This document shows positions 36,940-42,615 of a stretch of 47,259 bases of DNA, piece by piece (within the stretch, counting starts at the first letter, position 1; every line of letters starts with the position of its first letter). The notes beneath the pieces are model-generated. The model saw only the letters and a program-made list of their open reading frames with translations. It made no database searches and was not told the origin of the DNA. The stretch is taken from NCBI GenBank assembly GCA_016211195.1, contig JACQSS010000045.1, forward strand, positions 1 through 47,259, in the 5' to 3' direction. The position numbers and the translations under genes were made by a program. Source of the stretch: Candidatus Woesearchaeota archaeon (GTDB taxonomy: Archaea; Nanobdellota; Nanobdellia; Woesearchaeales; JAGVYF01).

Positions 36940-37798
36940 GGAGATACACCGTATATGTCCTCGTCTGCTTTGCCCAGTGCTCCTTATAGTGTCCATAACC
37001 GGTGTCAAAATTGATTTCATACTCTTCTGGCAACTGGAAAAGGTACTGGAGCGAGAAATAAACAAGTGCCTTTCCGGGACTGAGCACCTCCGCACTCGGG
37101 TCATAGACCATGGAAAAGAGATTGAGCCGCTGGCCCATCCGCACCCAGATAATAGCCCCCAGAGAAGCTCCATCCCGTTGCAGCTCGAATGCAAAAATAT
37201 CATGTGGTCTTGTTTTCAGGAGCAGATAGACGTATGTCATCAGTTCTTTGCTGTTGTAAAATGACGGCCCAAAACGCGCCCGATGCATGACAAAAAAGTC
37301 GCCCATCCTGGCCGATACGTGGGTGACTGGGACGCATGAGAGCTGTACCCATTTGTTCTTTCTTCGTCGTAGTTCCTTTCTCCAGCCCGGCCCGAGTCCT
37401 TGAAGGTAAGATGAGAAATCCTGCATAGAAGGTTTGACAAAAAAGTATTCTGTAGAGAGGATATTGGTGTGATTGGGTAGCTGCTGCTGGCCAGCAAGAC
37501 AGAAAGAATAGTGAGTATTACCAAGCGCCCCATCAAGATGGGCAGGCTCATCCCCAAGAAAGCCATCGCCTAACAGGAAGTCGCTGAGTGCTTGAAAGTA
37601 TGGCCCCTTTTTTTCCATGACCAGGAGAAAACCCTGCTCAAATGTAAGAACGTAGGGTTGTGCATGCGCTGAGAAAACGTGATTGAATGCAGTAAGTGTG
37701 TCCAGAAAAAAAAGTGTTTTCCAGTGCTTCGCTGTCTTTACCTTCTCGAGGAGACTAGACAAGACGGGGCTGGTGGGTGTCAAGAGTGACACTTGCAT
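36851..37798 (-). CDS. GNAT-fold acyltransferase, CelD / BioF2-like / FemAB-like (Acetyltransf_6-like)
   Basis: The C-terminal ...FELQRDGASLGAIIWVRMGQRLNLFSMVYDP....SPGKALVYFSLQY.......INFDTGYG.YKEHWA matches the CelD/FemAB-like pattern. The ATG lies 2 nt after the peptide gene stop. The 3' end overlaps the ligase gene by 89 nt in convergent orientation. Confidence 0.65.
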   Translation of the reverse strand: MQVSLLTPTSPVLSSLLEKVKTAKHWKTLFFLDTLTAFNHVFSAHAQPYVLTFEQGFLLVMEKKGPYFQALSDFLLGDGFLGDEPAHLDGALGNTHYSFCLAGQQQLPNHTNILSTEYFFVKPSMQDFSSYLQGLGPGWRKELRRRKNKWVQLSCVPVTHVSARMGDFFVMHRARFGPSFYNSKELMTYVYLLLKTRPHDIFAFELQRDGASLGAIIWVRMGQRLNLFSMVYDPSAEVLSPGKALVYFSLQYLFQLPEEYEINFDTGYGHYKEHWAKQTRTYTVYLPTNGLPVQVPCAGQRTGDTSHFAPEKISL

Positions 37799-37800
37799 GG

Positions 37801-38043
37801 TCAGCAGCCATCCTGGTGCTGGCTATGGTGGCTATGGGAACCGACTGCATTGGGGTCAACATAATTCAGAGAGAGAGAATTGGAATGAGGTGTGCTATCT
37901 ATGTGGTGTGCAGACACACTCGTGGACAAGCCCACTAATGTCCCTAATGCAACGCCCGCTTTGAGAATATTTTTTTTTGTCATTGTCCCTTTTTCATCAC
38001 GGACAAAGGCACCAAGGTCACGCTTTATCTTGGGAAGATCCAT
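37801..38043 (-). CDS. 80-aa His/Ser-rich putative precursor peptide (HxsA-like) with signal-like segment
   Basis: The sequence is MDLPKIKRDLGAFVRDEKGTMTKKNILKAGVALGTLVGLSTSVSA|HHIDSTPHSNSLSLNYVDPNAVGSHSHHSQHQDGC. The hydrophobic h-region ends in SVSA. The core is rich in His and Ser, with a single Cys as the last residue. It lies immediately downstream of a rSAM/SPASM gene and has its own TATA box. Confidence 0.6.
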   Translation of the reverse strand: MDLPKIKRDLGAFVRDEKGTMTKKNILKAGVALGTLVGLSTSVSAHHIDSTPHSNSLSLNYVDPNAVGSHSHHSQHQDGC

Positions 38044-38065
38044 GGTTATACAGAGTCATACTGTG

Positions 38066-38073
38066 TATATAAA
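38066..38073 (-). promoter_or_regulatory. TATA box (minus-strand TTTATATA) dedicated to the 80-aa peptide gene
   Basis: The centre at 38069.5 lies 26.5 nt upstream of the ATG at 38043, consistent with a leaderless mRNA. The box sits directly next to the rSAM stop codon (38076-38078). Confidence 0.55.
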
Positions 38074-38075
38074 GA

Positions 38076-39554
38076 TTACTTGTGGCAGCTTTTCGGCTCG
38101 GTGGGATGGGGTAACTGGGGAAGGGAAACCCAGCCCATGAAGATGGGCAAAGCCTTCGGGTCTGACACGATTTTCTCAAAGAGCCAGCTGAACTGTGCGA
38201 AGTAGATTTTATGGCGCATGGACTCTTTCATCTTCGGGAGGATATTGCCTTGCTCAGACACATTGAGGACTGGACACGTCCCACACCATGGCAAATATGC
38301 ACAGGTCTTACAGGTATAGTTATCAAGGATTGACGCCGCAATCGTGGACAACAAGGTATCAGACGCCATCATGTCCGTGTACTGATCTTTCATGACATGG
38401 CCGAGCTTGAAGAGATCTTCACCCAGCATTCTGCCCTCATCGCACGTGTACACACTACCATCATATTCGTATGCGATTTGTGTTCTGCCTGCGCCGCAAG
38501 GGGACATGAGCTCTGTATAGAAGGGATCCTGCTTTTTCAGAATTTTAGTAAGCATGGTTGCCAGCAACCGCTCTTTGATGGGGACACCTTTTTTATTGAG
38601 TTCAAGGATATAATCAGCAGCCGCTTGCCAGAAGGAGATAAATTCTTCAGCAGTATATCCAATCTCTTTCCACCTTGTGACAGCAATACCAAGGTAGTTT
38701 AGTGGCCGCAAATGGATTTCAGGCAAATGATGGGCAACATACTCGTCAACAATCTCCTTTGGATAGGGAAGCGACTGTTTGGTAATGGTGGGGAGTGCAC
38801 CAATGGGATGTGTACGACTGCGCAATGTCCCTTCGTGCTGGATGGCTCTTATCCATTTGGTCACCAGATGGTGCGTTGCCTGCTCACCACGCAATGGACG
38901 GTTTCTGTCATGCACCACAGCCGGCCCATCGAGTGAGGTACAAATTGAAACCTGATTGTCCATGAGAAACTGTATTTTATCGTCTGTCATGAGGCTGAGG
39001 TTGGTCACCGCAGTGATGCGGAGATCTTTCTTTTCTAATTCATTTAATTTACGGGCATTCTCGATAATGAATTGGACAATGGGCCAGTTGAGGAGGCATT
39101 CGCCTCCCTGAAACTCAATAGTAACAGCCTTGCTTGGCGTGCGGAAGACATTCTCGAGCACTTTGATTGCTGTCTCCCGTGTCATATCGACACCTTTGGC
39201 TATGGGTGCGCTGGTATGGCAGTATGAGCAATTGAAGTTGCACCGTGACGTGACAGAGATAATGTGGAGACTTGGTCCATTGAGCATATTGGCATTAATG
39301 CTCCGATAATTGCGCACAATCTCCTTCAGGTTCTCATCTGTCGCCACAAGACCTGCCCGGGCGAGTGTCATGTATAAAGGAGACGCAACATCGACGGTTC
39401 TTCTTTGCACATGGGCATATTCGTCCGCGTCCAGCAGAACCCATGACCCATACCGTGTGGTCAAAAGATATTTGTGCTTAATGGGGAGGACATTGTACGG
39501 CAGCAACCCTTTAATATCAGTGACTTGCATGGGACCGCACCTCTGCAAGAACAT
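38076..39554 (-). CDS. Radical SAM/SPASM peptide-maturase-like enzyme (HxsB/anSME-like)
   Basis: The radical SAM motif is CNFNCSYC. SPASM motifs are CGAGRTQIAYEYDGSVYTCDE and CKTCAYLPWCGTCPV. An N-terminal about 95-aa pre-domain (LLPYNVLPIKHKYLLTTRYGSWVLLDADEYAHV) is typical of peptide-modifying rSAMs. An alternative ATG is at 39530. Confidence 0.85.
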   Translation of the reverse strand: MFLQRCGPMQVTDIKGLLPYNVLPIKHKYLLTTRYGSWVLLDADEYAHVQRRTVDVASPLYMTLARAGLVATDENLKEIVRNYRSINANMLNGPSLHIISVTSRCNFNCSYCHTSAPIAKGVDMTRETAIKVLENVFRTPSKAVTIEFQGGECLLNWPIVQFIIENARKLNELEKKDLRITAVTNLSLMTDDKIQFLMDNQVSICTSLDGPAVVHDRNRPLRGEQATHHLVTKWIRAIQHEGTLRSRTHPIGALPTITKQSLPYPKEIVDEYVAHHLPEIHLRPLNYLGIAVTRWKEIGYTAEEFISFWQAAADYILELNKKGVPIKERLLATMLTKILKKQDPFYTELMSPCGAGRTQIAYEYDGSVYTCDEGRMLGEDLFKLGHVMKDQYTDMMASDTLLSTIAASILDNYTCKTCAYLPWCGTCPVLNVSEQGNILPKMKESMRHKIYFAQFSWLFEKIVSDPKALPIFMGWVSLPQLPHPTEPKSCHK

Positions 39555-39738
39555 AATTTATAAATTCCCGCGCGACCTTTTTTTCAGTATCGGGGTACGT
39601 CAGGACAATATAATCTCCATCCTCATCAGTGACTGTATGCAAAAATGCTGCATACATTTCTATGCAGGCAAGGAGAATCTCTTTGGGGTACAATGTTTTG
39701 TGAAACTTACTGCTGCTCATCTTTGATTTCCTGAACAA
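39517..39738 (-). CDS. Small HxsD-like protein (paralogue of the N-terminal half of 39707-40123)
   Basis: ...TLYPKEILLACIEMYAAFLHTVTDEDGDYIVLTYPD...AREFINYVL aligns by eye with ATYSLTTLYAAAYAFLDRAYVHLDKKDNAFVATLYPK...AKAFLAELV of the upstream gene. It overlaps both neighbours. Confidence 0.5.
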   Translation of the reverse strand: MFRKSKMSSSKFHKTLYPKEILLACIEMYAAFLHTVTDEDGDYIVLTYPDTEKKVAREFINYVLAEVRSHASH

Positions 39739-40123
39739 GCTGTTGCAGTTCAGGGTCCTTCTCTAGTTCAGTGAGCAGTTGTTTGATTTCTTCCTGTTCA
39801 GCTTTTTCTGCAAGCGCGGGATCGGTGGAGAAGAATGCACGTTCCACGAGCAGCTTCGTGGTTTCCTGCGTTTTTTCCAATTGTGCAAAATAATACCCCT
39901 GGTTGACCAGTTCTGCAAGGAACGCTTTTGCAAGGGTCGTGAAATCCTGTGCCTGCTTGGGATAGAGCGTCGCAACGAATGCATTATCTTTCTTGTCAAG
40001 ATGGACATACGCCCTGTCTAGGAATGCATAGGCCGCCGCATAAAGTGTTGTAAGCGAATATGTTGCTTCCGGCAGGAGCAGAGAGACTGCCTGCTCTGCT
40101 TCGTTGATAGTGATTCCCCCCAT
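39707..40123 (-). CDS. HxsD-like protein with acidic coiled C-terminus
   Basis: The 138-aa protein carries the motif FLAELVNQGYYFAQLEKTQETTKLLVERAFF. This loosely recalls the LLNDYxLRE signature that names the HxsD family (TIGR03976), a recollection I have not searched. It has its own TATA box at 40147-40154. Confidence 0.55.
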   Translation of the reverse strand: MGGITINEAEQAVSLLLPEATYSLTTLYAAAYAFLDRAYVHLDKKDNAFVATLYPKQAQDFTTLAKAFLAELVNQGYYFAQLEKTQETTKLLVERAFFSTDPALAEKAEQEEIKQLLTELEKDPELQQLVQEIKDEQQ

Positions 40124-40145
40124 GCATCCATAGGGACGGACTGAA

Positions 40146-41051
40146 TTATATAAAACTTGTTATGAGTGAGAGAAAAATACCATGCGAAACGATGGTAAGC
40201 AACACACCGAAAAATAAGCAAGGGGCAAAAGGGATCTTGTCATAGACGAGTGCAGGCTGATCAATAAGCCGAGCATCTTGCGCAGTGATCATAGCACCTT
40301 TCTTAAGCGAGGAAATGTCTTCTGCGAGAATATCACCATCATGCGGACGTTTGCGGGTAGCGAATGAGTTTGCATGGGTGGCAATGTATTGTGTTATCGC
40401 GAGAAGCAAGAATGTGTAGAGCAGGAAATGAAACCAGAATGAGAATGTTCGTAGTGTTGTGTCGGTGACGAGACGATAAACAATCAAAAGCGCTTGCACC
40501 CAAAACCCAAAAGGAAGTGTTGCAAAGACTGAAGACAGCGCCAGCAGCAGAAGGAACTGCAACACCGTGTTTGATACAAGCAATGCTGGCAGCCATGCGA
40601 GTGCAAAGACACTGAGCGCAGCATTGGCAAGAGCATGGACTGGGAAACGATGACGGAATAACGGAAGGCTGGTGAGCAGCGCAATAGGAATGAAGGTATT
40701 CATTAAAAGGACGAGCGCAGGAAAATAAGGGACATAGCCACGCTGATAGACAGAAACGGGAACCAGGAGGGCGTAGGTGATGAAAAGCTTTGCATCGCCA
40801 CCATACCACCATTTTTTCTTCCACAATGCAAGTGCGACAATAATTGACACGAGCAGATTAGAAGATGTGGTATAAACAAACGAGAAATTCAATTTCTCTG
40901 TCGTGAGAATGAAAATCGTATAGACCAGCAAGGCGATGAAAAAGACAGGTGTTACCAGTTGATTAGGAATGATCTGTTTTCGGGAGTCGTAGAATGAAGA
41001 AGCGATTCCCAGAAAGAGGATGAGGGGAAGAGTAACTGTAAGGGGGTCCAT
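40146..41051 (-). CDS. Type IV prepilin / preflagellin peptidase (A24 family, EppA/PibD/FlaK-like)
   Basis: The ATG at 41051 gives MDPLTVTLPLILFLG.... The first catalytic Asp context is SFYDSRKQIIPN and the second is WWYGGDAKLF. It is polytopic, with the conserved C-terminal IPFAP motif. The track extension to 41210 overlaps the upstream gene. Confidence 0.8.
   Translation of the reverse strand: MDPLTVTLPLILFLGIASSFYDSRKQIIPNQLVTPVFFIALLVYTIFILTTEKLNFSFVYTTSSNLLVSIIVALALWKKKWWYGGDAKLFITYALLVPVSVYQRGYVPYFPALVLLMNTFIPIALLTSLPLFRHRFPVHALANAALSVFALAWLPALLVSNTVLQFLLLLALSSVFATLPFGFWVQALLIVYRLVTDTTLRTFSFWFHFLLYTFLLLAITQYIATHANSFATRKRPHDGDILAEDISSLKKGAMITAQDARLIDQPALVYDKIPFAPCLFFGVLLTIVSHGIFLSLITSFI
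40147..40154 (-). promoter_or_regulatory. TATA box (minus-strand TTTATATA) at the head of the rSAM-peptide module
   Basis: The centre at 40150.5 lies 27.5 nt upstream of the ATG at 40123. The box overlaps the stop codon of the peptidase gene. Confidence 0.5.
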
Positions 41052-41073
41052 GCGGTGCAGAATGTGCAGAAGA

Positions 41074-42615
41074 TTATGTACTTTTCGCAAGCAGCTGCTG
41101 TTGACTTGTGGACAGGGAACGGACTGGTGCTGCACCAGACTCTTCAAGAATTTTGCCGGTGGGAGTTTTGACTTTGGTGTACAACCCTTCTGGAGAGAGA
41201 ATATATTCATAGGCGGCGTCCTTCACCTTATAGCGTTGCTTTATTCTGACCGCAAGGTCGTACACAACATGACTATCCCCTTTGGCCAGTGAGCGGATAG
41301 CGAGGGGGAAGAAACCACGTTCACCCAACAAGAGAATATCCTCCTTTCCCCGCGCAAGGATAATGTAATCCGCCTGACCGCGGGCGCCAATGGACAGATC
41401 AATTGCATTTTTAAGCAATGAAGAAAGTGCACCCTGACCAAAGGTGAGCCCCGCCGTAGGGGGCGAAAATGTCGCGTGGCCGGTCAGCATCGGTCGCCTA
41501 TCTTCGACAGGCTGCAGGACCACGCCTGTCTGGGGGGAGAAAAGGCGGGTGTTCGTCTCGTAAACACCTTGCACGTATCGTGTCACCCCGGGTGCAAGCC
41601 AGAGCAGGAGGGATGATGCATCGAGTGTCAGCGCACCGTTCACTTCGGCAACAGAAACGATGGTCTCACCAACTGGATCGATAATGAAAAGACCATAATG
41701 ATTCCGAACACCACGCTTTGTCTGTGAGAGCGTATAGAGATTAGTGCCTTGACCATTAAGAACATCGATTGTGCTCGCACGTGTGATAACTGTGTCGGTT
41801 CCCTTGTTCAGTGCTGCGGGAACCTGGGTTGTTGTTCCGTCAAGCGAACTAATGGTCGTGCCCTTGTCAGTGAATTGGAACCCAGCAGATGGAGTGGCCT
41901 TTGCATCTGCGACGTTTTTTGCAGCTTCTCGTCCCGCTGCGCTTTGCGTTAATGGGAGACATGGCCCCAGGCAGCACATGCTGTTTTGCGAACTATCTGC
42001 AGTGACTATTTGCTCTGCACATGAATTCTTCAGCAGACTGCATTTTGTCCCGCCAATGGCGCTGCATAGAACAGCTTTCTCACGTTCCGGGGGAGGCGGA
42101 GCAGCTTGGGGGGTGCTTGGCGTTTCCGGAACAGGTTTTAATGCACCCATAAGCGCGGCAACGCCTTGTAGGAGTCCACCAAGACTAGCTAATGACTGAG
42201 ACATGTCCTGTTGTGGTCGCTGCCGGCCACCACCCAGCTGTTCTTGTGGTGGTGACCTGATATCAGCCCCTTGTTGCATTGCCATTTCGGGTGAACCGAC
42301 TTGCTCCGCGGGCTGGCCATCTGCTTCGACGACATCACCCAACCGGTCCTGTGTCCCGGGACCACGGACATCCATTTTCTTTTCTGCCAGCGCTTCCCGC
42401 ACGTCAGGATCTTTTAGTTCCTTTTCCTGCGACAATTTATCACATGCGCCGCAATCGCTCCCCTCGCTGCATGCACCTTCTGGGCAGGATGCGATGTCCT
42501 GCTGGATTTCTTCGGGTGTGTCCTCTAGCTCAGCGTCTTCGCCTTCCTGTGGAGTGTCTCCCCATGAGAGCATTGCACCGAACAAAAGGAAAATCAGAAA
42601 GAAACTAACCCTCAT
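41074..42615 (-). CDS. Secreted protein of unknown family, paralogue 1
   Basis: The ATG at 42615 gives MRVSFFLIFLLFGAMLSWG, with GAGGA 7 nt upstream. It has an acidic and Pro/Gln-rich variable region, the LGGLLQGVAALM motif and a Cys motif. A about 300-aa C-terminal domain is shared with 42605-44662 and 46671-47258. Confidence 0.8.
   Translation of the reverse strand: MRVSFFLIFLLFGAMLSWGDTPQEGEDAELEDTPEEIQQDIASCPEGACSEGSDCGACDKLSQEKELKDPDVREALAEKKMDVRGPGTQDRLGDVVEADGQPAEQVGSPEMAMQQGADIRSPPQEQLGGGRQRPQQDMSQSLASLGGLLQGVAALMGALKPVPETPSTPQAAPPPPEREKAVLCSAIGGTKCSLLKNSCAEQIVTADSSQNSMCCLGPCLPLTQSAAGREAAKNVADAKATPSAGFQFTDKGTTISSLDGTTTQVPAALNKGTDTVITRASTIDVLNGQGTNLYTLSQTKRGVRNHYGLFIIDPVGETIVSVAEVNGALTLDASSLLLWLAPGVTRYVQGVYETNTRLFSPQTGVVLQPVEDRRPMLTGHATFSPPTAGLTFGQGALSSLLKNAIDLSIGARGQADYIILARGKEDILLLGERGFFPLAIRSLAKGDSHVVYDLAVRIKQRYKVKDAAYEYILSPEGLYTKVKTPTGKILEESGAAPVRSLSTSQQQLLAKST

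Noticed and set aside
37801-38043. Calling the 80-aa peptide a bona fide HxsA with His-Xaa-Ser repeats.
   Set aside because: Only one strict H-x-S triplet (HHS) is present. The tail is His/Ser-rich but not a regular HxS repeat, so I report it only as HxsA-like pending HMM testing.
41052-41210. The track shows an N-terminal extension of the prepilin peptidase ORF (53 extra residues). Similar extensions occur at 42616-42681 and 13436-13504.
   Set aside because: The extensions overlap the 3' ends of the upstream genes and encode non-hydrophobic, low-complexity sequence. Internal ATGs give proper signal or TM N-termini and sensible SD or coupling contexts.
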